The notes under the pieces are model-generated. The model was not told the origin of the DNA, ran no database searches, and worked only from the letters and a program-made list of their open reading frames with translations. This document shows, piece after piece, positions 11,770-21,149 of a DNA stretch of 64,000 bases (the first letter of the stretch is position 1; every line of letters starts with the position of its first letter). This stretch comes from an uncultured Acidobacteriota bacterium (GTDB lineage: Bacteria > Acidobacteriota > Thermoanaerobaculia > Multivoradales > UBA5704). The translations under genes were made by a program, and so were the position numbers. The stretch is taken from contig OY969474.1 in assembly GCA_963700145.1 (NCBI GenBank), positions 96,001-160,000 of the forward strand, in the 5' to 3' direction.

Positions 11770-11845
11770 GGTTGCCTGATCCTTCCGACATCGCCTGAGC
11801 GACTGGAGTGGGCGTAGTGTGCCACGGCTTTTCAGCGTCGGGTTG
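11744..11845 (-). ncRNA. Candidate cis-regulatory structured leader RNA or small RNA
   Basis: Closing stem CCGAC/GUCGG encloses GCU-GAAA-AGC, GUGG..CCAC and UCGC-UCAG-GCGA stems, followed by the terminator. An AT-rich TAAGAAT lies just upstream. Confidence 0.4.
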
Positions 11846-11935
11846 AATGATTCTTAACGGCGACGTGCAGAAATCGGGGCAGGTGCGTGCGCGGCGCGAG
11901 CACGGCGATAGGATCGTTTCCTGCCGGAGAGAGAC

Positions 11936-14794
11936 GTGAATCGCGAAGCGGTGCTGCTCGGGATCGTGCGCGAGCTGGCGGCCGAGCTGCGGCCTGGCGG
12001 GCGGCCGGCGCGGGTCCGCGGCGACGCGGTTCTCGACGCCGCGCTCGAGCGCGACCTGGGCTTCGGCAGCCTGGCGCGGGCCGAGCTGTTCCGGCGTGTG
12101 GAGCGGGCGTTCGGCGCGCGCCTGCCGGACGGGTTGCTGGCCGCCGCGGAGACGCCGCGCGACCTCCTGCACGCCCTCGCCGCCGCGGGCTCGGCGCCGG
12201 ACCCCGCGGCACTGGCCGCCGCGCCGCTCGCCGAGCCGGCGGAGGCCGCGCCCGAGTCCACGCGCACGCTCCCCGAGGTCCTCGCCTGGCACGCCGAGCG
12301 CCACCCCGAGCGCCGGCACGTCCTCTTCGAGCCGGGCGACGGCACCAGCGAGGAGCTGACCTACGGCGGGCTGCGGCGGCGGGCGCGCGGGGCGGCGGCG
12401 GCGCTGCGCGAGCAGGGGCTGGCGCCGGGCGAGACCGTTGCCCTCATGCTCCCCACCGGGCTCGAGTACTTCGCCTGTTTCCTCGGCATCCAGCTCGCCG
12501 GCGGCGTGCCGGTGCCGATCTACCCGCCGGCGCGCCCGAGCCAGCTCGAGGACCACCTGCGGCGGCAGGCCGCCATCCTGCGCACCGCCGGCTGCGTGGC
12601 GCTGGTCGCGGCGCCGGAGGTGATGCCGCTCGCCCGCCTCCTGCGCGCCATGCTGCCGGCATTGCGCGAGGTCGTCACGCCTGCCCGGTTGGCGGCGGCG
12701 GGCGACGCGGCGGCCGCGGCGCCGCTGCCACCGGTCGCCGAGGGCGACGTCGCCTTCCTGCAGTTCACCTCGGGCTCGACCGGCGATCCCAAGGGCGTCG
12801 TCCTGACGCATGCCAACCTGCTCGCCAACCTGCGGGCGATCGGCCAGGGGATCGAGCTGCTGCCCGAGGACGTGGTCGTGAGCTGGCTGCCGCTCTACCA
12901 CGACATGGGGCTGATCGGCACCTGGATGGGGAGCCTCTACTACGGCCTGCCGCTGGTGCTGCTGCCGCCGACCTCGTTCCTGGCGCGGCCGGTGCGCTGG
13001 CTGCAAGCCATCTCGCGCCACCGCGCCACTCTCTCGGCGGCGCCCAACTTCGCCTACGAGCTGTGCGTGCGCAAGGTCGACGACGGCGAGCTCGCCGGGC
13101 TCGACCTCGCCTGCTGGCGGCTGGCGCTCAACGGCGCCGAGCCGGTGAGCCCGGAGACGCTGCGCCGCTTCGCCGAGCGCTTCGCGCCGCTCGGCTTCCG
13201 CGAGACGGCGATGAAGGCGGTCTACGGCCTCGCCGAGTGCTCGCTCGCGCTCTGCTTCCCGGCCGCCGGCGCGCCGCGGATCGACGCCGTCGCCCGCGCG
13301 CCCTTCGCGCGCGACGGCCGCGCCCTGCCGGCGGCCGCCGGCGACCCGCGCCCGCTGCGCTTCGTCTCCTGCGGCGTGCCGCTTCCCGGCCACGAGGTGC
13401 GCATCGTCGGCGAGGAAGGCCGGGAGCTGCCGGAGCGGCGGGAGGGGCGGCTGGAGTTCCGCGCCCCGTCGGCGACGAGCGGCTACTTCGGCAACCCGGC
13501 GGCCACGGCGCGCCTGCTGCGCGGCGGCGGCTGGCTCGACTCGGGGGACCTCGCCTACGTCGCCGGCGGCGAGGTCTTCGTCACCGGCCGGGTCAAGGAC
13601 GTCATCCTGATCGCCGGGCGCAACCTCTACCCGCAGGAGCTGGAGGAGGCGGTGGGGGAGCTGCCCGGCGCGCGCAAGGGGTGCGTGGCGGCGTTCGGAC
13701 GGCCCGACCCGGCGGCCGGCACGGAGCAGCTCGTCGTGGTCGCCGAGACCGGCGAGAGCGCGGAGCCGGCGCGCGAGCGGCTGCGCGAGGCGATCCGCCG
13801 GACGACGGTGGACCTCCTCGGCACGCCGCCGGACGACGTGGTGCTGGCGCCGCCGGGCACCGTGCCCAAGACCTCCAGCGGCAAGCTCCGCCGCGCGGCG
13901 GCGCGCGAGCTCTACCTGCGCGGTCGGCTCGGCCGGCGGCGCGCGGCGCCGGCGGTGCAGCTCGCGCAGCTCGCCTGGAGCGGTGCCGGGCCGCAGCTCG
14001 CGCGCTGGCGGCGGCGGGCGGGCGAGAGCCTCTACGCCGCCTGGGCCTGGCTCCTCTTCGGCCTCTTCGCGGCGCCGGCGTTCCTCGGCGTCTGTTTGCT
14101 GCCGCGCCTCTCCTGGCGGCGCCGCTTCGCGCGCCGGGCGGGGCGGCTCATGGCCCGCCTCGCCGGCATCCGGCTTGCCGTCCGCGGCCTCGAGCACCTG
14201 GCCGAAGCGCGCCCGCGCATCGTCGTCGCCAACCACCAGAGCACCCTCGACGCCTACGTCCTGACCGCCGCGCTGCCGCCCGACCTCGCCTTCGTCGCCA
14301 AGCGCGAGCTGGCGGGGAACCCCTTCGCGCGCGTCTTCCTGGCGCGGCTGGGGACCTTTCTCGTCGAGCGCTTCGATCCGCAGCAGGGCTCGGCGGACGC
14401 CGGCCGCGCCCTCGCCGCGGTGCGCGCCGGCGAGTCGCTCCTCTTCTTCGCCGAGGGGACCTTCGGCCGCGCCCCGGGGCTGCTGCCGTTTCAGCTCGGC
14501 GCCTTCGTCGCCGCGGCGGAGGCGGGAGTGCCGGTCGTGCCGGTCGTCGTGCGCGGCACGCGGTCGCTCCTGCGCGGCGAGGAGTGGTTCCCGCGCCGCG
14601 GCGCGGCGGAGGTGATCGTGCGGCCGCCGATCGCGCCGGCCGGCGCCGGCTGGGGCGCCGCGCTGGCGCTGCGCGACGCGGTGCGCGCCGAGGTCCTGGC
14701 GGCCTGCGGCGAGCCCGACCTCGCGGCCGGCGCGAAGGCCTTCGCGCCCGAGCCGCCGCCCGGGCGTTTGACCGCCCGCGCGGCCGGCCGCTAG
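11936..14794 (+). CDS. ACP + fatty acyl-AMP ligase + PlsC-type acyltransferase fusion
   Basis: DLGFGSL carrier motif; FLQFTSGSTGDPKG, WLPLYHDMGLIG, YGLAE and PKTSSGK adenylation motifs; NHQSTLD and FFAEGT acyltransferase motifs. Confidence 0.9.
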   Translation: MNREAVLLGIVRELAAELRPGGRPARVRGDAVLDAALERDLGFGSLARAELFRRVERAFGARLPDGLLAAAETPRDLLHALAAAGSAPDPAALAAAPLAEPAEAAPESTRTLPEVLAWHAERHPERRHVLFEPGDGTSEELTYGGLRRRARGAAAALREQGLAPGETVALMLPTGLEYFACFLGIQLAGGVPVPIYPPARPSQLEDHLRRQAAILRTAGCVALVAAPEVMPLARLLRAMLPALREVVTPARLAAAGDAAAAAPLPPVAEGDVAFLQFTSGSTGDPKGVVLTHANLLANLRAIGQGIELLPEDVVVSWLPLYHDMGLIGTWMGSLYYGLPLVLLPPTSFLARPVRWLQAISRHRATLSAAPNFAYELCVRKVDDGELAGLDLACWRLALNGAEPVSPETLRRFAERFAPLGFRETAMKAVYGLAECSLALCFPAAGAPRIDAVARAPFARDGRALPAAAGDPRPLRFVSCGVPLPGHEVRIVGEEGRELPERREGRLEFRAPSATSGYFGNPAATARLLRGGGWLDSGDLAYVAGGEVFVTGRVKDVILIAGRNLYPQELEEAVGELPGARKGCVAAFGRPDPAAGTEQLVVVAETGESAEPARERLREAIRRTTVDLLGTPPDDVVLAPPGTVPKTSSGKLRRAAARELYLRGRLGRRRAAPAVQLAQLAWSGAGPQLARWRRRAGESLYAAWAWLLFGLFAAPAFLGVCLLPRLSWRRRFARRAGRLMARLAGIRLAVRGLEHLAEARPRIVVANHQSTLDAYVLTAALPPDLAFVAKRELAGNPFARVFLARLGTFLVERFDPQQGSADAGRALAAVRAGESLLFFAEGTFGRAPGLLPFQLGAFVAAAEAGVPVVPVVVRGTRSLLRGEEWFPRRGAAEVIVRPPIAPAGAGWGAALALRDAVRAEVLAACGEPDLAAGAKAFAPEPPPGRLTARAAGR

Positions 14795-14828
14795 GATCGA
14801 TCGAAACGACTCGACAAACCGAGGCCTC

Positions 14829-16832
14829 ATGGCGAAGGACAAGAGCGACGCCGGCGCCGCGCCCCAGCTCACCCGCGGGCTGCTGGAGCAGCTCATGCTC
14901 GGCACCGGCCGGGTGCGGCGCTTCACCCAGGACACCCCCGTCCTGCCCGACGTCTGGCTGGAGTACGCCAAGGGACCGGACGATCCGACGCGGCGCACCG
15001 GCGGGGGAGCCGGCGAGGACCCCTACCCGGCCGTCAAGCTGCTGCTGACGCCGTACCGCGAGAACCTGAGCGGCGACGTGCGGAAGGCCCTGTGGGAGCG
15101 GCTGGGCGAGCAGCGCAAGCGCCCCGAGTGGCGGCGCTTCGGCCACGACCCCAAGAAGCCGCCGCGACTGGTCTACAACCAATCCACGGTGGCGGCGACC
15201 CTCTACTTCGAGGACCTCATCCGGGTCGTCCTGCCGATGACCGACTGGTGGGCGAAGCTGGTCAAGCGCCTGGACTTCGCGCGCCTCCAGCTCGCGCCGG
15301 TGCAGAAGGGCCTCGCGCAGGCGGTCCGCGACCCCGAGCACCCGCCGCTGCTGGAGCAGCGCCGCCTGCCGCCCGACCTGCTGTGGATGGTGCGGGTGGT
15401 GGGCGCCCTGGCGCTCGTCCACCGCGGCGAGCCGCTGCCGGCGAGCTTCGCCCCTGACCGCGGCGGCGTCGCCAATGCCAAGCCCGCCGACTGGGAGAAG
15501 CTGGTGGCGGCGGTCGCCGACCTCATCCACGACCTCGATCCCGCCCCGCCGGACGCGCGCATCTACTCGGTCAGCCTCAACCGCGAGGCCGCGCCGACCG
15601 TCGCCCGCTCCGTGCTGTCGATCAAGGCCGATGCGGCGCGGCTGCTCTTCAACATCTCCTGCCGCAGCCTCGCCTGGGCGGTCATCGACAGCGGCATCGA
15701 CGCCACGCACCCCGCCTTCCGCCAGCGTCAGGAAGGCAAGGACGGCGGGCTCTACAAGACGCCGTTCCCGGTGGAGGACAAGAAGCCCGCCAACCGCACG
15801 CGCGTCCACGCGACCTACGACTTCTCGCAGATCGACCTCCTCCTCGACCCCGACAGCGACGACCAGCCCGAGGCGCTGATGAAGCTGAAGGAGGGGAAGT
15901 CGACGGCGGCGGCGAAGCAGCTCGACGCGCAGCTCGCGGACCTCAACAGCGAGCTCCGCGCCGGCCGCACCATCGACTGGAAGCTCATCGCCGAGCTGCT
16001 GCGCGTGCCGCACGAAAAGGGCAAGTACCGGCCGCCGGTCAACGACCACGGCACGCACGTGGCGGGGATCCTCGCCGGCGACTGGCGGAAGGCCGAGTCG
16101 AACGGCGCGCTGGAAGACGACCTCGTCGGCGTTTGCCCCGACCTCCGTCTCTACGACCTGCGAGTCCTCGACGACGAGGGGCGCGGCGACGAGTTCGCGG
16201 TGATGGCGGCGCTGCAGTTCGTCCGCTACCTCAACTCCACCAACGACTACACCGCCGTTCACGGCGTCAACCTGAGTCTCTCGATCCCGCACGACGTCTC
16301 CAACTACGCCTGCGGCCGCACGCCGGTCTGCGACGAGGCCGAGCGCGTGGTCTCCTCCGGCGTCGTGGTGGTCGCCGCGGCGGGGAACCAGGGCTATCGG
16401 CGCTACTCGACGCCCGAAGGCGTGAGCGTCGACATGTACAACACCATCAGCATCACCGACCCGGCCAACGCCGAGCTGGTGATCACCGTCGGCGCCACCC
16501 ACCGCTACCGGCCGCACACTTACGGGGTCAGCTACTTCTCCAGCCGCGGGCCGACCGGCGACGGGCGCCTGAAGCCCGACCTGGTGGCGCCGGGGGAGAA
16601 GATCACCGGCCCGCTGCCCGGCGAGCTCTTCGGGCTCAAGGACGGGACGAGCATGGCGGCGCCGCACGTCAGCGGCGCGGCGGCCCTGCTCATGGCGCGC
16701 CACAACGAGCTGGTCGGCCGTCCCGCCCGCATCAAGCAGATCCTCTGCGCCACCGCCACCGACCTGGGGCGCGAGCGCTACTTCCAGGGCGCCGGGATGC
16801 TCGACGTCCTGCGCTCGCTGCAATCAGTCTGA
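14829..16832 (+). CDS. S8 subtilisin-like serine protease without signal peptide
   Basis: Catalytic triad VIDSGID / HGTHVAGI / GTSMAAPHV and oxyanion AAAGN; no hydrophobic N-terminus. Confidence 0.9.
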   Translation: MAKDKSDAGAAPQLTRGLLEQLMLGTGRVRRFTQDTPVLPDVWLEYAKGPDDPTRRTGGGAGEDPYPAVKLLLTPYRENLSGDVRKALWERLGEQRKRPEWRRFGHDPKKPPRLVYNQSTVAATLYFEDLIRVVLPMTDWWAKLVKRLDFARLQLAPVQKGLAQAVRDPEHPPLLEQRRLPPDLLWMVRVVGALALVHRGEPLPASFAPDRGGVANAKPADWEKLVAAVADLIHDLDPAPPDARIYSVSLNREAAPTVARSVLSIKADAARLLFNISCRSLAWAVIDSGIDATHPAFRQRQEGKDGGLYKTPFPVEDKKPANRTRVHATYDFSQIDLLLDPDSDDQPEALMKLKEGKSTAAAKQLDAQLADLNSELRAGRTIDWKLIAELLRVPHEKGKYRPPVNDHGTHVAGILAGDWRKAESNGALEDDLVGVCPDLRLYDLRVLDDEGRGDEFAVMAALQFVRYLNSTNDYTAVHGVNLSLSIPHDVSNYACGRTPVCDEAERVVSSGVVVVAAAGNQGYRRYSTPEGVSVDMYNTISITDPANAELVITVGATHRYRPHTYGVSYFSSRGPTGDGRLKPDLVAPGEKITGPLPGELFGLKDGTSMAAPHVSGAAALLMARHNELVGRPARIKQILCATATDLGRERYFQGAGMLDVLRSLQSV

Positions 16833-16845
16833 AGGAGGAGCCGCG

Positions 16846-17994
16846 ATGCTGGTCCTCGAAGCGCTGCGCGCCAAGTACGGCGACGCCCTGCTGCTCCACT
16901 CCGGCGACGAAGACGACCCGCAGCTCGTCGTCATCGACGGCGGCCCGCCCGGGGTCTACAACGACGCCCTCAAGCCGCGGCTGGAAGAGCTGCGCGCAGA
17001 GCGCGGGCTGGAGGAGGGGACGCCGCTCGACGTCGCCCTGATGATGGTCAGCCACATCGACGAGGACCACATCGCCGGCATCCTGCAGCTGGTGCGGCAG
17101 CTCAAGGACCTGGAGGACTCCGGCGAGCCGCGGCTGTGGAAGGTCCGCCGCTTCTGGCACAACTCCTTCGACGACATCATCGGCAACGACGACGTCGCGG
17201 TCGCCTCCACTGCCTCGGTGGTGAGCACGGCCTCGATCGGCGACCTGCTGCGGCCGGAGGGGTCGCTGGTGCTGGCCAGCGTCGGCCAGGGGCGCGAGCT
17301 GCGCAAGCTGCTCGACGCCTTGAGTCTCGACGGCAACCCGCCGTTCAAAGGGCTGGTGCGGGCCGGCAAGAAGGCGTTCAAGATCGGCGACCTCACGCTC
17401 ACCGTCGTGGCGCCGCTCGAGGAGGAGATCGCCGCCCTGCAGGAGGACTGGGACAAGAAGATCAAGCCGATCCTGAAGAAGGAGAAGGACGCGGCGGCGC
17501 GCGCCGAGGCCGCCGCCTACGTCGACGAGTCGGTCTACAACCTGTCGAGCATCGTCGTGCTGGTCGAGTCGCAGGGCAAGCGGCTGCTCCTGACCGGCGA
17601 CGGCCGCGGCGACCACACGCTGCGCGGCCTCGAGGAAGCGAAGCTCCTCGACAAGAAGGGCCGGATGAAGGTCGACGTCCTCAAGCTCCCGCACCACGGC
17701 AGCGTGCGCAACGTCGAGTCCGACTACTTCGAAGCGATCCGCGCCGACCACTACGTCGTCTCGGCCGACGGCAAGTTCGACAATCCCGACCTCGAGACCC
17801 TGGAGCTGATCTCCGCCGCCCGCCCGGACGACAAGTTCACCATCCACTTGACCTATCCGACCGACGAGTTCAACGTACCGAAAATCGGCAAGGCCGTCGC
17901 GAAGTTCTTCGCCAAGGAGAAGGCCGCCGGGCGCAAGTACAAGGTCAAGACGCGCGCTTCCGGCGACCTCTCCTTCCGTCTCGAGCTCGCCTAG
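16846..17994 (+). CDS. Metallo-beta-lactamase-fold (ComEC/Rec2-like) hydrolase
   Basis: GDALLL, IDGG, SHIDEDH, LLTGD and KLPHHGS motifs; AAGGAGG RBS; starts 13 bp after the S8 stop. Confidence 0.85.
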   Translation: MLVLEALRAKYGDALLLHSGDEDDPQLVVIDGGPPGVYNDALKPRLEELRAERGLEEGTPLDVALMMVSHIDEDHIAGILQLVRQLKDLEDSGEPRLWKVRRFWHNSFDDIIGNDDVAVASTASVVSTASIGDLLRPEGSLVLASVGQGRELRKLLDALSLDGNPPFKGLVRAGKKAFKIGDLTLTVVAPLEEEIAALQEDWDKKIKPILKKEKDAAARAEAAAYVDESVYNLSSIVVLVESQGKRLLLTGDGRGDHTLRGLEEAKLLDKKGRMKVDVLKLPHHGSVRNVESDYFEAIRADHYVVSADGKFDNPDLETLELISAARPDDKFTIHLTYPTDEFNVPKIGKAVAKFFAKEKAAGRKYKVKTRASGDLSFRLELA

Positions 17995-18052
17995 CCGGCA
18001 CGGCCGCCCGGCCTTGTAGACTCCTCGCGCTCACGCCGAGGAGGGCCCCGGA

Positions 18053-19951
18053 ATGCGCGCACGTCGTCTCCCGCTTCGCCATCTCTCTCTCGCTGCCGCG
18101 GCGGCGGCGCTCCTGCTCGCCGTCCTCGCCGGTCGCCCCGGGGCGGCGCGCACCGCCAAGCCGGTGCTCCACGCCCGGCACTGGCTGGCGATCACCGGGA
18201 AGCCCTTGGCCGCCACCGCCGGCGCGATGACCTTCCAGAAGGGCGGCAACGCCGTCGACGCCGCCTGCGCCATGCTCGCCGCGACCTGCACCATGTGGGA
18301 CACCCTGGGCTGGGGGGGCGAGACGCAGGCGCTGATCTGGAACCCCGAGACGCGCAAGGTCATCGGCGTCAACGCCCTCGGCGTGGCGCCGACCGGCGCC
18401 ACGCCCGAGTACTTCCGCGCCAAGCAGATGCCCTACCCGCCAGAGTTCGGGCCGCTCGCCGCGGTCACTCCCGGCACGCCGGGCGGGCTCCTCGTCATGC
18501 TCGCCGAGTACGGCCGCCTGTCGCTCGCCGAGGTGCTCGCCCCCGCCCTGCAGCTCGCCGACGGCTACCCGATCGAGCAGCAGCTCGCCGACCGCATCGA
18601 GCGCGACAAGGCACGCCTCAAGGAGTGGCCGTACTCGCGCACGACGCTGCTGCCGCACCTCGGCGAGCCGCGCGAGGCGCCGCGCGCCGGCGAGGTCTTC
18701 AAGCAGCCGGAGCTCGCCGCCACGCTGCGCAAGCTGATCGAGGCCGAGCGCCAGGCCCTCGCCGCCGGCAAGTCGCGCAAGGAAGCGATCCAGGCCGCCT
18801 ACGACCGCTTCTACAAGGGCGACATCGCCGCCGAGCTGGCGCGCGGCGCGCAGGAGCAGGGCGGCCTCATCACGGCCGAGGACCTGGCGCGCTGGGAGGT
18901 CAAGCTGGAGGAGCCGGTCAAGACGACCTACAAGGGCGTCGAGGTCTACAAGCTCACCACCTGGACGCAGGGGCCGGCGCTGCTCCAGGCGCTCAACCTC
19001 CTCGAGCCGCTCGACCTGCGCGGCATGGGCCTCAACAGCGCGCGCTACGTCCACACGCTCTACCAGGCGATGAGCCTGGCCTTCGCCGACCGCGACTTCT
19101 ACTACGGCGACCCCTACGCGCCGCCGGAGGAGCCGGTGCGCGGGCTGCTGTCGAAGGAGTACGCGGCGGCGCGGCGGCAGACCATCGACTGGGAGAAGAA
19201 CGACCCGGCGATCGGCCCGGGCGATCCCTACCCGTTCGAGGGGAAGGCGGCGAATCCCTACCGCGAGCTGCTGGAGCGGTGGGGGAGGCCGCGCGGCGGG
19301 GAGGAGTGGACGCAGCCCGTCCAGGGCGCGGCGCTACGCGACGCGCGGCGCGCCGACGAGGCCTTCCGCGCCGGCACCACCTCGGTCGTCGCCGCGGATG
19401 CCGAGGGTTGGGTGGTGTCGATGACGCCTTCCGGTGGCTGGATCCCGGCCACCATCGCCGGCAAGACCGGCGTCGGTCTCTCGCAGCGCATGCAGAGCTT
19501 CGTCCTCGACCCGGCGGAGAACCCGTTCAACGTCCTCGCCCCGGGCCGGCGGCCGCGCGTCACGCTGACGCCGACCCTGGCGCTCAAGGACGGCCGCCCC
19601 TGGCTGGCTTTCGCCGTCCAGGGAGGCGACACCCAAGACCAGAACCTCCTGCAGTTCTTCCTCGACGTCGTCGAGTTCGGCATGAACGTGCAGGAGGCGG
19701 CCGAGGGGCCCAACATCACCAGCTACCAGATGCGCAGCTCCTTCGGCGACCACGCGGTGCAGCCCGGGCGGCTGACCGTCCACGCCAGCACGCCTCCCTG
19801 GGTGCGCGACCAGCTGGCGCAGATGGGCTACGCGGTCGAGGTCGAGGAGCGCACGTCGGGGCCGATCAACGCCATCCTCCTCGACCACGCCCACGGCACG
19901 ATGTGGGGCGGCTCCAGCGACCACGGCGAGGACTACGGGATCGGCTGGTAG
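18053..19951 (+). CDS. ggt: Gamma-glutamyltransferase family protein
   Basis: Signal peptide, GGNAVDAA motif, autoprocessing GTTSVVAADAEG, and GGDTQDQ. Confidence 0.88.
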   Translation: MRARRLPLRHLSLAAAAAALLLAVLAGRPGAARTAKPVLHARHWLAITGKPLAATAGAMTFQKGGNAVDAACAMLAATCTMWDTLGWGGETQALIWNPETRKVIGVNALGVAPTGATPEYFRAKQMPYPPEFGPLAAVTPGTPGGLLVMLAEYGRLSLAEVLAPALQLADGYPIEQQLADRIERDKARLKEWPYSRTTLLPHLGEPREAPRAGEVFKQPELAATLRKLIEAERQALAAGKSRKEAIQAAYDRFYKGDIAAELARGAQEQGGLITAEDLARWEVKLEEPVKTTYKGVEVYKLTTWTQGPALLQALNLLEPLDLRGMGLNSARYVHTLYQAMSLAFADRDFYYGDPYAPPEEPVRGLLSKEYAAARRQTIDWEKNDPAIGPGDPYPFEGKAANPYRELLERWGRPRGGEEWTQPVQGAALRDARRADEAFRAGTTSVVAADAEGWVVSMTPSGGWIPATIAGKTGVGLSQRMQSFVLDPAENPFNVLAPGRRPRVTLTPTLALKDGRPWLAFAVQGGDTQDQNLLQFFLDVVEFGMNVQEAAEGPNITSYQMRSSFGDHAVQPGRLTVHASTPPWVRDQLAQMGYAVEVEERTSGPINAILLDHAHGTMWGGSSDHGEDYGIGW

Positions 19952-21102
19952 GCGCGCGCGCGGGCGCCGCGCCACTGCCCGATCCGGATCACCACGAACT
20001 CGGCGGGGCGCGTCGGCGCGAAGCCGATCTCGATGTTGACGACGCCGCGGTCGATCTCCTCCTGCGTCATCGTGTCCCTGCCGCAGCGGGCGTAGTACGC
20101 CTCGCCCGGCGTGCTCCCCTGGAAGGCGCCCTGGCGGAAGAGGTCGTGCAGGAACTCGCCGGCGCGGCGCCGCACCTCGTCCCAGAGCGGCTCGGCGTTG
20201 GGCTCGAAGACCGCCCACTGGGTGCCGCGGCAGATACTCTCTTCGAGGTAGAGAGCGAAGCGGCGCACCGGGACGTACTTCCACTCCGACCCCTGCGCGT
20301 CGGTGCCGGCCAGGGTGCGCGCCCCCCAGGCGACGGTGCCGTGGTCGAGGACGGTGCGCAGGCCGTTGACGCCCAGCGCGGCGAGCGTCGCGCCGTCGCG
20401 CTCGGTCAGCGCGTGGGCCGGCTCCTCGCCGCCGCGCAGCGGCAGGGCGGTGCCGCCCGGCGCCTTCCAGGCGCCGCGCACGACGTCGCTGCGGGCGTAG
20501 AGCCCCGCCAGCGCGCCGCTCGCGGCGACGTCGCGCGGCCGGCCCGGGACGCGCAGCCGCGGGAAGTAGACCGCGGCGTTGCGGTGGCGCAGGGCCTCGT
20601 TCTCGGCGACCCAGGCCTGCATGGCGGCGGCGTCGCGGACGCTCTCGGGGATGTCGACCAGGAGGAAAGCGCGGCGCTCCTCGCAGTAGGCCGCGGCGGC
20701 GGTGTAGACGGCGCGCATCTCCGCGGGGGGGAGGTCCGCCGCTTCCGGCAGGCAGAGGACGTTGAAGAGATCGACGCTGTAGAGCGCGAAGAGCCCCGTC
20801 CCGTCGGCGCGGGTGCCGGACAGCGCCGCGGCGGTGGCCGCGGCGACGCGCACGACATAGGCGGCCGTGCCGCCGTTGAGGAAGAACCGGCGGACGGCGT
20901 CGCACACCAAGCACGCCTCGTCGGGGTCGCCGAAGACGCGCACGAAGTCGGCGAGGCTCAGGACCTGGACGGGCCGGTCGAGCGGCCCCTGCGGGAAGGT
21001 GCCGACGAAGGCGGCGACGGAGGTGGCGACGCCTTCGATCGTGCGCACACCGGTGGCGACCTCCTCGAGGAAGACGCCTGGGTAGATCGGTGTGCCGGGC
21101 AT
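19933..21102 (-). CDS. Contractile phage tail sheath family protein (eCIS/Afp-like)
   Basis: YPGVFLEEV..RTIEGVATSVAAFVG, FFLNGG, WGARTL, WKYVPVRR, WAVFEPN and PAEFVVIRI motifs. Confidence 0.9.
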   Translation of the reverse strand: MPGTPIYPGVFLEEVATGVRTIEGVATSVAAFVGTFPQGPLDRPVQVLSLADFVRVFGDPDEACLVCDAVRRFFLNGGTAAYVVRVAAATAAALSGTRADGTGLFALYSVDLFNVLCLPEAADLPPAEMRAVYTAAAAYCEERRAFLLVDIPESVRDAAAMQAWVAENEALRHRNAAVYFPRLRVPGRPRDVAASGALAGLYARSDVVRGAWKAPGGTALPLRGGEEPAHALTERDGATLAALGVNGLRTVLDHGTVAWGARTLAGTDAQGSEWKYVPVRRFALYLEESICRGTQWAVFEPNAEPLWDEVRRRAGEFLHDLFRQGAFQGSTPGEAYYARCGRDTMTQEEIDRGVVNIEIGFAPTRPAEFVVIRIGQWRGARARAYQPIP

Positions 21103-21149
21103 GGGAAGGGCGGGGCGGCCGCGGCCGGCCCCGCCGGCGGGCGACTATT

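Noticed and set aside
11744-11845. Assignment to c-di-GMP-I/II, c-di-AMP, glycine or SAM riboswitch classes
   Set aside because: Only short fragments (GGCACAC, GCAACC, CUCAGG) resemble these consensuses; the full motif order does not match.
11552-14998. 1148-aa minus-strand ORF
   Set aside because: Antisense shadow of the FAAL fusion in GC-rich DNA (Arg/Gly/Ala-rich, no motifs). Only its last 58 codons, which have their own RBS, are accepted.
19933-21102. Prophage call from the tail sheath
   Set aside because: No other phage structural, replication, lysis or integrase genes lie nearby.
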